64,000 nt of DNA from Candidatus Entotheonellaceae bacterium. Its GTDB lineage: Bacteria; Tectomicrobia; Entotheonellia; Entotheonellales; Entotheonellaceae. Position 1 is the stretch's first letter; every line of letters starts with the position of its first letter. The notes under the pieces were generated by a model. The model was not told the origin of the DNA. It saw only the letters and a program-made list of their open reading frames with translations, and searched no databases. Where the stretch lies: assembly GCA_965238075.1 (NCBI GenBank), contig OZ250173.1, positions 1,184,001 through 1,248,000 on the forward strand, read 5' to 3'. A program made the position numbers and the translations under genes. Shown here one piece after another: positions 35,301-42,927 of this stretch.

Positions 35301-35353
35301 AGATTGTGGACGACCGCGGGATCGAGAGTTTGAAAATCGTGGAGTTGGGGTAA
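32342..35353 (+). CDS. Type III R-M DNA methyltransferase (Mod) with ~156-codon internal insertion
   Basis: NRLIAGDSL, YLDPPYG (motif IV), FDPTCGSGTT (motif I), C-terminal AVKIVDDRGIE; res downstream. Confidence 0.9.
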   Translation: MPKRDIETYAHADKERVNNPPVGLVTPETDRDAGRRTYAHDPHLDPQLSWAGKAEHTSFEVPTVSLHVHERIDPRTIVEAVRKRNGVQPQMSLFAAPKDNPPLRPAIEFYRHRHNWSNRLIAGDSLLVMNGLIEKEGLGGQVQTVYLDPPYGIRYGSNFQPFVNRREVTDGKDEDLTGEPEQIRAFRDTWELGIHSYLAYLRDRLLLARELLHASGSCFVQIGDENVHCVGMAMDEIFGAENRVATISYATTGGSSANTLPQVADYLLWYARDRRRVKYRQLYEPLTRAEVIQFFSSYVMVELPGGECRKPTLEECFDPNSYLPEGTRIYRRMPLLSRGGSTTGRSEPYEWNSQVFHCPTGQQWRVSNPEGLDRLAELGRLDAAGAQSSLSWKRYEDEVPGRRINNIWAPPMSPKDKHYVVETATSVIQRCILMTTDPGDLVFDPTCGSGTTAYVAEQWGRRWMTCDTSRVAIAIARQRLMTSNYDYYELAHPDEGVGAGFRYRSVATVSARILGYDEPPNRTLLYDQPHSDRKKARVTGPFTVEAVPAPVVTTVDEIMDAPPAPDVSTADLSIARSGETLRQSDWRDELLKTGIRGKAGQRISFARLEPLPGTRWLHAEGETHPDAAGADHVHESATAYAPTPLVVSFGPHHAPLEQRQVARAIEEAQSLVPKPKIIIFAAFQFDPEAAKDIDETHWPGVTLLKAQMNADLLTEDLKKKRASNESFWLIGQPEVEVSSFQFFVFGEGQRRIGEYGAFKKLSGLDRLEEINRLDWQALFLYALLSQGRDVWHYLADTQGWDFDSGQYRGRPGQKHERGVPAVSWNSPRLVGGIGNATDDLAEFGIYDLAGGRRVIQRLRGDRQVVGRLAEVAEALNFPIQPRTQNYQLKTQNLHSLAVHGFDYYNTKTGNVESGGSERIALWMLDPDYDGRSLFPRQVFFPTAGGNGGWARLARHLKAEIDESRMEAYRGTVSLPFEAGEHRRAAVKIVDDRGIESLKIVELG
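34549..35018. mobile_element. Four-helix-bundle element bounded by 37-bp heptamer-periodic imperfect inverted repeats
   Basis: Left 34549-34585 AGTTTCG AGTTTTC AGTTTTT TGTTTTT GGTGAGG GG; reverse complement of right 34982-35018 AGTTTTG AGTTTTG AGTTGAT AGTTTTG AGTGCGG GG (29/37 identical). Confidence 0.75.
34605..34967 (+). CDS. Four helix bundle protein (23S rRNA IVP/Avd-like), nested in +1 frame within mod
   Basis: SYRDLIVWKRS...FPREETYGITSQIRRAGISIAANIAEG...FLGIAQGSLAELETLL; GGAGG RBS at 34590-34594. Confidence 0.9.
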   Translation: MERSRSYRDLIVWKRSIGLIGKLYSYTRSFPREETYGITSQIRRAGISIAANIAEGQARNTSGEFRQFLGIAQGSLAELETLLTISQNLGYMTSPEAEGLFSDCEAIGRLLAGLQKSLKP

Positions 35354-36135
35354 TGGCGCAAACGAAAAAAGGCAAGGCGCTTGAACGGTTGCGGAAAGCG
35401 CTGGATGAAATGCCTGAACTGAAACAATTTCGGCTGGACTCGCCATCATTCAAAAAATGGCGAAGAGATACAGAGGTGGCCATCACCAACACGTTTGATA
35501 GCGAATCAAGCCACATCAACGATTTCCAAAAAGAGATCCTTTCATATGTTAATGACGCATCCGATGCAGAGGTTCGGGAATCAGTGAAGGCGATACTCGA
35601 ATCCATGGTTGATGAGATCAACAAGTACTGGGGAGATGAAAGCGAGGCGTCGCGGTCTTCCGATAGTCACAGGGATGGACAGATAAACACGAAAGAAGTC
35701 TTCATTGTTCACGGCAGGAACAAAGGTGCCCGTGAAAAGGTAGCGAGGTTTCTGGAAAGGTTGGAACTCAAACCCGTGGTGCTGCACGAACAGCCGAATG
35801 AAGGCCGCACAATTATCGAAAAGTTTGAGGATTTTGCGCATGTCGGGTTCGCCGTGGTTCTGCTGACGCCGGACGACATAGGCAGGCTGCAAGACGATGC
35901 GGGCGACTTCAGACCTCGCGCAAGGCAAAACGTCATTTTCGAGTTCGGGTACTTTATCGGAAAACTCGGTCGGGAGCGTGTCTGCGCTTTGGTGAAAGGG
36001 AACGTGGAAAGGCCGTCGGACTACGATGGCGTTGTTTACGTTCCATTGGACGACCTGGGTGGGTGGGAAATGAAGCTTGTCCGGGAGTTGACAAGCGTTG
36101 GATACAAGATCGACCTGAACCGGTTAGTGACATGA
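35353..36135 (+). CDS. TIR-like nucleotide-binding domain protein
   Basis: VFIVHGR, TIIEKFE, FAVVLLTPDD, RARQNVIFEFGYFIGKLGR, PSDYDG. Confidence 0.85.
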   Translation: MAQTKKGKALERLRKALDEMPELKQFRLDSPSFKKWRRDTEVAITNTFDSESSHINDFQKEILSYVNDASDAEVRESVKAILESMVDEINKYWGDESEASRSSDSHRDGQINTKEVFIVHGRNKGAREKVARFLERLELKPVVLHEQPNEGRTIIEKFEDFAHVGFAVVLLTPDDIGRLQDDAGDFRPRARQNVIFEFGYFIGKLGRERVCALVKGNVERPSDYDGVVYVPLDDLGGWEMKLVRELTSVGYKIDLNRLVT

Positions 36136-36443
36136 ACGCACGTATCGACATACCGTCTGACAAAATCGCTGCCTTCTGTCAGCGTTGGCAGATCACGCGC
36201 CTTGCGCTGTTCGGATCGATATTGCGCGACGACTTCGGGTCCGATAGCGATATTGATGTTCTCGTTAAATTCAATGAAACGGCGCACCCCACGCTGTTCG
36301 ACATGAGCCGAATGGAAGCAGAGTTGAAGGCGATTCTGGGGCGCGAGGTCGATCTCGTCAGCCAGCGCGGTGTAGAGAGGAGCCGCAATTTCCTGCGCCG
36401 AAAAGCGATATTGGAATCCGCGGAACTCGTCTATGGATCGTGA
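36132..36443 (+). CDS. MNT (minimal nucleotidyltransferase) antitoxin
   Basis: LFGSILRDDF..DSDIDVLV (GS..DxD), GREVDLVS. Confidence 0.85.
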   Translation: MNARIDIPSDKIAAFCQRWQITRLALFGSILRDDFGSDSDIDVLVKFNETAHPTLFDMSRMEAELKAILGREVDLVSQRGVERSRNFLRRKAILESAELVYGS

Positions 36444-36774
36444 TACCGGATCTATTCTCGATATCCTCGAATCGGCCCGGACGATAATGGCCTATGTCAC
36501 AGGCGTTACGCGCCAGGAGTTTTTGCGGGCTACTCAAATTCAGGATTCCGTCATTCGTCGCCTTGAGATCATCGGCGAGGCAGCGGGACGCATCTCACCG
36601 GGATTTCGCGACACGCATCCGGAAATTCAGTGGTCCGAAATAAGGGGAATGCGAAACCGGATGACCCATGGATACGACGACATTGATATGGATATCGTGT
36701 GGGACACTGTTGAGCGCGATATCCCGCATCTCATTCAAATTATTGAATCACTTGCACCACCGAAGACCGAATAG
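36433..36774 (+). CDS. HEPN/DUF86 ribonuclease toxin
   Basis: LEIIGEAA, RNRMTHGY (RX4HXY), IVWDTV. Confidence 0.85.
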   Translation: MDRDTGSILDILESARTIMAYVTGVTRQEFLRATQIQDSVIRRLEIIGEAAGRISPGFRDTHPEIQWSEIRGMRNRMTHGYDDIDMDIVWDTVERDIPHLIQIIESLAPPKTE

Positions 36775-39590
36775 TGGCCCAAACGACCATCGATCGCCTG
36801 ATCGTCAACTCGCCCTACGAAGAGCCGGCGAAGCACTGGCAGTACGACCGGGTCACGCGCTCGTTCGGCCTTGCGGAGGGCCGGCGACCGGCGGGGTATG
36901 TTGTCGCTTCCCAAGACTCCAAGGCGTTTGACGACCCCGGTGTGTTTGTCGAAATTCCCTTGGTCAATCAGATCCGGCCGCGTGTCAAGGCATGGCGTGA
37001 AGCCGGGTATCCGGGCGTCACCGGCATGACCAAGCGGCTGCTGGCGCACTGGACCGACCCGGAGGAGTTTGACAGCCGGCGGTTCTTCTTCTGCCAGCTC
37101 GAGGCGGTGGAGACGCTCATCTGGCTCATTGAGGCGCCGGCGGCTGAAAAGGTGGGCGTGCAGATTCCTTCCGCTGGCGGCGCGTTCAGGCGACTGTGCG
37201 CGAAGATGGCCACCGGCTCAGGCAAAACCGTCGTCATGGCAATGGTGGCGGCGTGGCACATCCTGAACAAGGTGACATCGCCCCAGGACACCCGATTCGC
37301 CAGGCACATCCTGGTTGTCGCGCCGGGGCTCACGGTCAGGAACCGCCTGGCGGTGTTGGAGCCGTCCCACCCGGAGAACTATTACGACGCCTTCCGAATC
37401 GTGCCGTCAGCCTTGCTTGACAAGCTGCGGCAAGGCAAGGTCGTGATCCGCAACTGGCACGCGCTCAACTGGGAGGGTGGGGGCAAAATCGCCGCCAAGC
37501 GCGGCGTGGACAAGCGCGGCGCCAAAAGCGACGAAGCGTATGTGCGCGACGTGCTCGGAGACATGGCGCGGGCGCGGAACATCCTGGTCATTAACGACGA
37601 GGCGCATCACGCCTGGCGCGTTCCCGCCGAATCCAAGATGAAGGGCGTGGCGAAGGCCGACATCGACGAGGCTACCAAGTGGATTGGCGGCCTCGACCGC
37701 ATCCACAGGGCGCGGGGCATTCTGACCTGCTACGACTTCTCGGCCACCCCTTTCGCGCCGTCAGGCAAGCGGAGTTCCGAGGAGGCGTTGTTCGGCTGGA
37801 TCGTGAGCGACTTCGGCCTGAACGACGCCATCGAATCGGGTCTGGTCAAGACCCCGCGCGTGGTGATCCGGGACGACGCGGTGCCCGATGCCAAGACTTA
37901 CAGATCCCGCCTCTATCACATCTACAACGATGCGGAGGTCAAAGACGACCTGAACCGCCACGCCAAGACGGAAGAACCGCTGCCCGATCTGGTCCTGAAC
38001 GGTTATTACCTGCTCGGCTACGACTGGCGCGAGACGGCGAAGGACTGGAGCGACAAGGGATTCCAGACCCCGCCGGTCATGATTACCGTTGCCAACCGCA
38101 CGGAGACGGCAGCTCGCATCAAGTACGCGTTTGGCCACAAGAGGGTCCATATCGAGGAACTATGCGACCCGGCGCGCACCCTTCACATCGACTCGAAGGT
38201 GCTCGAAGCGGCTGAGGCTGCTGAAGAAGTTTTAAGTGGCAAGTTTTCAGTGGATGCCAGCAAGGACGGTCTAAAAACTGAAAACGTAAAACCGCCAACC
38301 AAGAAGCAGCAAGCCGAGCTGCTGCGCCGGCAGGTGGACAGCGTGGGCCGGCTTGGCAAGGAGGGCGAGCGGATACAGAACGTGATTTCCGTTGGCATGC
38401 TCTCCGAGGGATGGGACGCAAAGACCGTAACCCACATCATGGGATTGCGCGCGTTCACCAGCCAGCTTCTCTGCGAGCAGGTGGTCGGCCGCGGCCTGCG
38501 TCGCACCTCCTATGAAGTGGACCCGAGTAGCGGTCTGTTCAAGCCGGAATACGTCAACATTTTCGGCGTGCCCTTTACGTTTCTGCCCCACGAGGGGGGA
38601 ACGGACGGCCCACCGCCGCCGCCGGAACCAAAGACGGCTATCGAGCCGGTAGCGGACCAGGCGGGTTTCGAAATCTCCTGGCCGAACGTGATCCGCATCG
38701 ACCACGGCTTCCGTCCGCACCTGTCCCTGGATTGGCAGGCGCTGCAGCCCCTGGAACTCGACGCCAGCCAGACGGCCAGGCTCGCCGAGCTTGCTCCGAT
38801 CGTCGAAGGCAAGCCCGACGTGTCGAAGATCGAGGCGATCGACCTGGGAAAGCTGGCGACAGAGTTTCGTACGCAGCGCATCGTCTTTGAGACGGCGCGG
38901 GACGTGTACGATCTGATGCAGCCGAACTGGCCGGGCGGCAAGGCGTTGCTGCTGGCCCAGCTGGTGCGGTTGATCGAGCAATTCATTCGCTCGGATAGCA
39001 TCAGGATTACCCCGGCCCTGTTCCGGCATGACGATCTCAAGCGCCGCCTCATCATCACGCTCAACATGACCAAGGTTGTGCAGCATGTCTGGGAGGGCAT
39101 CCGCTTCGAGAATACCGAAAGACTGGAGCCGGTGTTCGACCGGGACCGGCCCATCCGTTCTACGGGTGACATGGCGACGTGGTACACGGGCAAGCCGTGC
39201 GAACGCGCGGCACGCAGTCACATCAACTTCTGCGTCTACGACGGCACCTGGGAGGCAACGGAGGCCTTCGCCCTCGATCATGCCGACGAGGTGGCTGCCT
39301 GGGTGAAGAACGATCACCTCGGTTTCGAGGCGTTCTACGTTCACCGAGGCGTGGTGCGGAAGTACCGCCCGGATTTCCTGATCCGGCTCTCCTCGGGCGA
39401 CATGCTGGTTCTGGAGGTCAAGGGGCAAGACAGCGATCGGGACCAGACCAAGCGCCGATTCCTCGACGAATGGGTACGCGCCGTCAATGCCCATGGTGGC
39501 TTCGGTCGCTGGGCCTGGGACGTGTCGAAATCTCCCAGCGACATTCGCGACATCCTCGCAAAGCGCGCCCATGCGGCGTCTACTGCTTGA
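36774..39590 (+). CDS. Type III restriction endonuclease (Res)
   Basis: KMATGSGKT, NDEAHH, SATP, EGWDA, EQVVGRGLRR, C-terminal YRPDFLIRL...LEVKG nuclease motif. Confidence 0.9.
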   Translation: MAQTTIDRLIVNSPYEEPAKHWQYDRVTRSFGLAEGRRPAGYVVASQDSKAFDDPGVFVEIPLVNQIRPRVKAWREAGYPGVTGMTKRLLAHWTDPEEFDSRRFFFCQLEAVETLIWLIEAPAAEKVGVQIPSAGGAFRRLCAKMATGSGKTVVMAMVAAWHILNKVTSPQDTRFARHILVVAPGLTVRNRLAVLEPSHPENYYDAFRIVPSALLDKLRQGKVVIRNWHALNWEGGGKIAAKRGVDKRGAKSDEAYVRDVLGDMARARNILVINDEAHHAWRVPAESKMKGVAKADIDEATKWIGGLDRIHRARGILTCYDFSATPFAPSGKRSSEEALFGWIVSDFGLNDAIESGLVKTPRVVIRDDAVPDAKTYRSRLYHIYNDAEVKDDLNRHAKTEEPLPDLVLNGYYLLGYDWRETAKDWSDKGFQTPPVMITVANRTETAARIKYAFGHKRVHIEELCDPARTLHIDSKVLEAAEAAEEVLSGKFSVDASKDGLKTENVKPPTKKQQAELLRRQVDSVGRLGKEGERIQNVISVGMLSEGWDAKTVTHIMGLRAFTSQLLCEQVVGRGLRRTSYEVDPSSGLFKPEYVNIFGVPFTFLPHEGGTDGPPPPPEPKTAIEPVADQAGFEISWPNVIRIDHGFRPHLSLDWQALQPLELDASQTARLAELAPIVEGKPDVSKIEAIDLGKLATEFRTQRIVFETARDVYDLMQPNWPGGKALLLAQLVRLIEQFIRSDSIRITPALFRHDDLKRRLIITLNMTKVVQHVWEGIRFENTERLEPVFDRDRPIRSTGDMATWYTGKPCERAARSHINFCVYDGTWEATEAFALDHADEVAAWVKNDHLGFEAFYVHRGVVRKYRPDFLIRLSSGDMLVLEVKGQDSDRDQTKRRFLDEWVRAVNAHGGFGRWAWDVSKSPSDIRDILAKRAHAASTA
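38228..38292. repeat. Short heptamer-periodic inverted repeat in frame within res
   Basis: AGTTTTA AGTGGCA AGTTTTC AG ... CTAAAAA CTGAAAA CGTAAAA C; AT-rich patch in a GC-rich gene. Confidence 0.65.
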
Positions 39591-39648
39591 AAATTCGGAG
39601 GGTTGACCGACTGCTTGCGCTGGAGGTCCTGGAGGTAGAATCAATCCC

Positions 39649-39894
39649 ATGATCGACTTGAAATACGACCTAGTCATTGAAGCTACGGCCGACCCGAACT
39701 TCTTCGGGTTTTATTCTCCGGATTTGGAAGGGTTCACCGGGGTGGGACACTCGATAGAGGATTGCCTTTATAAGGCCAGATGGGGCATGGAAGAGCATGT
39801 TGGGTTGCTGCGCGAACAAGAAATGCCTGTCCCTGATATGAACGCTGCCCCGACGATCATCATCCGAAATGAGCCTGAGAAGGCTGTGGTATAG
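39649..39894 (+). CDS. HicB-like antitoxin (orphan)
   Basis: FYSPDLEGFTGVGHSIEDCL...LREQEMPVP. Confidence 0.65.
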   Translation: MIDLKYDLVIEATADPNFFGFYSPDLEGFTGVGHSIEDCLYKARWGMEEHVGLLREQEMPVPDMNAAPTIIIRNEPEKAVV

Positions 39895-39924
39895 CCCGCA
39901 AGATCAAGTTGAATATCACTGCCC

Positions 39925-40773
39925 TCACGATTTGTCTGCCTGCAGAAAGCGGCGCAATTCGGACGCATCCATGACGTAGCTATGTGCCCCTGCCGGAAAT
40001 TCTCCCGCTTCCACCTCGCACCTGAACGCCTGCAAGGCTTGCAACATCGGCTCGCGCAACTGGGCGAATTGCTTGACGAATTTGGGCACGAAGCCGTCGA
40101 AAAGCCCCAGGACGTCATGGAACACCAGCACCTGCCCGGCGCAGCCCGCACCGGCGCCGATACCGATCGTGGGAACGCTCAGCTTCTCGGTCACCGCCTG
40201 CGCCACGGCGGACGGGACGGCTTCCAGCACGACGGCGAAACAACCCGCCTCCTGAAGGGCGAGGGCATCGTCGCGCAGCTTCAGGGCCGCCCCAGCGGTG
40301 GTCGCCTGCACCTTGTAGCCGCCCAGCTTGGTGGCCGTTTGCGGCGCCAGCCCCACGTGTCCCATCACCGGCACCCCGGCTGCGACGATGGCCCGCACGG
40401 TTTCCGCCACCTCGACGACGCCCTCCAGCTTCACCGCGTCCATGTGCGCTTCCTTCATGTAGCGCCCAGCGTTGCGGACTGCCTCTCGCCGGCTGACCTG
40501 GTAGGACATGAACGGCATATCGCCCACCAGCAAGGCGCGCGAAGCCCCGCGAGCCACGGCCTTGCAGTGATGCAGCATGTCGTCCACCGTCACCGACACC
40601 GTGTCGCGGTGACCCAGCACGGTCATGGCCAGCGTGTCGCCCACCAGAATGGCGTCCACACCGGCCTCGTCGACCAGCTTGGCCGCCGGGTAATCGTAGG
40701 CGGTGAGCATGGTAATCGGCTGGCCCTTGTCCCGTTTGCGCTGCAGGTCGTGGAGGGAAACTTTTCGTGGCAT
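39925..40773 (-). CDS. panB: 3-methyl-2-oxobutanoate hydroxymethyltransferase
   Basis: MLTAYD, ILVGDT, DMPFMSY, VKLEG, GHVGLAPQ, IGIGAG..C.GQVLV.HD. Confidence 0.95.
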   Translation of the reverse strand: MPRKVSLHDLQRKRDKGQPITMLTAYDYPAAKLVDEAGVDAILVGDTLAMTVLGHRDTVSVTVDDMLHHCKAVARGASRALLVGDMPFMSYQVSRREAVRNAGRYMKEAHMDAVKLEGVVEVAETVRAIVAAGVPVMGHVGLAPQTATKLGGYKVQATTAGAALKLRDDALALQEAGCFAVVLEAVPSAVAQAVTEKLSVPTIGIGAGAGCAGQVLVFHDVLGLFDGFVPKFVKQFAQLREPMLQALQAFRCEVEAGEFPAGAHSYVMDASELRRFLQADKS

Positions 40774-41043
40774 GTGACGGCACCTTGCTGGAAGCAATTC
40801 GGTCGGCGGTTTATGGGAGTTGTTTCGGCGCAACCGTACCCCATCCGCTCCGGTGTGTCCAGACGGCGAGCCCGCTGCCGCAAGCCGCGCCGCTACCTTG
40901 ACATCAAAACACCGATAGCTTAATAGGTGGGACTTTCACGACGCATCCGAACGCGGTGGCGTACACACCGCAAGATAGCCCACAGGCAGCAACCGGCCGG
41001 CAGCAGGGAGGTCCATCGCTGCCCGGTCGGGAGGAAAGGAACG

Positions 41044-42660
41044 ATGAGAGGCGTACCCGAGATACATGCACCAGGGGTCGAGTTGAGTCGGCGGGAATTC
41101 GTGGCCGGCGCCGGCGGCGCCGTGGCTGGGCTATCGGCCCTGGGTCTGCCTGCCACCGGCGTCGAGGCGGCTACGCCGCAGCATGGGGGCTCGGTCAAGA
41201 TCGGTTTGCGGAGCGACGTCAGCCGCCTCGACCCGCATCCCCTCTTTCCCCCTTACCCTACGTCCAACGCTGCGGCGCTGCTCTACAACGGCATCACCGA
41301 GGTGGACGCCGACGCCAACATCGTCCCCGCTCTGGCGCATGCCTGGGAGGTCTCCGAGGACGGCCTGACGTGGACCTGGCACATCCGCAAGGACGTGACC
41401 TTTCACAACGGCCGCCCGATGACCGGCACCGACATCAAGGCCAACCTCGAGCGGGTGCTCAATCCCAGAGTCGGAGCGATCATTCGCGGCGAGTTGGACA
41501 TCATCGACCGCATGGACATGCTTGATGACTACACCCTGCGCATGACCCTGAAGTACAAGTACTACCCTCTCCCCTCCGTCCTGTCCAACCGCTGGCTGCC
41601 CATCCTCGACCCGCAAAGCTTCGACACCGCCAAGCAGCACCCCGTCGGCACCGGGCCGTTCAAGCTCGTCTCCTGGAAGCGCCTGCATACCACCGAGATG
41701 GTTCGGCACGAGGGGTATTGGGAAAAGGACGCCGACGGCAATACTCTGCCCTACCTCGATGAGCTTATCGGCAAGCCCTTGGCCGACGACACCGTGCGCC
41801 TCACGGCCCTGCGCACCGGCGAGGTGGACGTGGTTGACGCCGTCAGTTACCGCGACTTGGCGCGCTTCATGCAGGAGTGGACGGACCAGTTTGACACCTA
41901 CCTGATCAAGGCCATCGGCACCACCTGGTACTGTTTCAATACCCAGAATCCGCCCTTCGACGACGTGCGGGTGCGCCGCGCCGCCGCCCTGGCGCTGGAC
42001 AAGCAGGCCATTCTGGACAAGACCCTCTTCGGGCACGGCGAGATTATGAATCAGTACTACCCGCAAGCCTCGCCGTGGCATCTGCCGGTCGCGTCGTCGC
42101 GGGAGCAAGATGTGGAGGAGGCCAAGCGTCTGCTCGAAGAGGCGGGCGTCAAGCCGGGCACGCATCTCACCATGGTCACTTATGCGCGGTACAACTATGT
42201 GAAAGAGTCCAGCCAGATTTTCCAGCAGAACCTGCGCAATCTCGGCTTCTCCGTAGACCTGAAAATCCTCGATGCCGGCCCCCTGCGTTCCGCCCTATCC
42301 GGCCGCAGATTCCACATCTCCGGCCTGGGCACCGAACATCGCATGGACCCGCACGAGTACTATTTCAGGGAATTGAGCTCCAAGAGCCCGATACAGAAAC
42401 GGTTCTACAGCGCTTGGGTGAACCCGGATTATGACAAGCTGATCTACGAAGCCCGGCGCACCGCCGGCCGTGAGGCGCGCATGCAACTCTACGCCGAGGC
42501 CGAAAAACTCATCCAGGCGGATGTGCCCACCGTGCGCGTGATCAGCGCCCACACCCTGTCTGCCTGGCAGAACGGACTGCAGGGATACAGCCCGAATGTC
42601 GCCGGCAACATGACCTACAACCACGGAGGGCTGCGAACCGCCTGGCTCAAAACCGGCTAG
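41044..42660 (+). CDS. ABC substrate-binding protein family 5 (peptide/nickel), Tat-exported, paralog 1
   Basis: SRREFV Tat motif, VPALA..WEVSEDGLTWT, VTFHNG, PVGTGPF. Confidence 0.85.
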   Translation: MRGVPEIHAPGVELSRREFVAGAGGAVAGLSALGLPATGVEAATPQHGGSVKIGLRSDVSRLDPHPLFPPYPTSNAAALLYNGITEVDADANIVPALAHAWEVSEDGLTWTWHIRKDVTFHNGRPMTGTDIKANLERVLNPRVGAIIRGELDIIDRMDMLDDYTLRMTLKYKYYPLPSVLSNRWLPILDPQSFDTAKQHPVGTGPFKLVSWKRLHTTEMVRHEGYWEKDADGNTLPYLDELIGKPLADDTVRLTALRTGEVDVVDAVSYRDLARFMQEWTDQFDTYLIKAIGTTWYCFNTQNPPFDDVRVRRAAALALDKQAILDKTLFGHGEIMNQYYPQASPWHLPVASSREQDVEEAKRLLEEAGVKPGTHLTMVTYARYNYVKESSQIFQQNLRNLGFSVDLKILDAGPLRSALSGRRFHISGLGTEHRMDPHEYYFRELSSKSPIQKRFYSAWVNPDYDKLIYEARRTAGREARMQLYAEAEKLIQADVPTVRVISAHTLSAWQNGLQGYSPNVAGNMTYNHGGLRTAWLKTG

Positions 42661-42687
42661 AACCGATTCGGGTCATAACGGCCTATG

Positions 42688-42788
42688 GTCACTCTGGCGA
42701 AAGCCGGAGTCCAGAAGTTCGTCCGGGATAAGAACCTGCCACGAACTGGCTCCGGGACCGCTGGATTCCGGGTCAAACCCGGAATGAC
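42688..42788. repeat. Inverted REP doublet (GTCA...TGAC type)
   Basis: GTCACTCTGGCGAAAGCCGGAGTCCAG ... CTGGATTCCGGGTCAAACCCGGAATGAC; inner AGTTCGT/ACGAACT pair. Confidence 0.7.
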
Positions 42789-42927
42789 GCTTTGGCACAC
42801 TGGATGGTTCATTCAGAGCCGAAAACGATCTAGGAGACCCTTGGCCCGCGTTTCCAGCAAACATGCAGATTGGTTCAGCGTACCGCCGCTACCGCCCTGC
42901 ACCCGAACGTGGCCGCAGAGGAGAATC

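Noticed and set aside
35353-36774. CBASS/Pycsar/Thoeris system
   Set aside because: The nucleotidyltransferase is a ~100-aa MNT paired with HEPN, not a cyclase, and there is no ThsA-like gene.
40898-40926. sigma70 promoter for the binding-protein genes
   Set aside because: TTGACA is perfect but the -10 at proper spacing (TAATAG) is weak, so it is not supportable alone.
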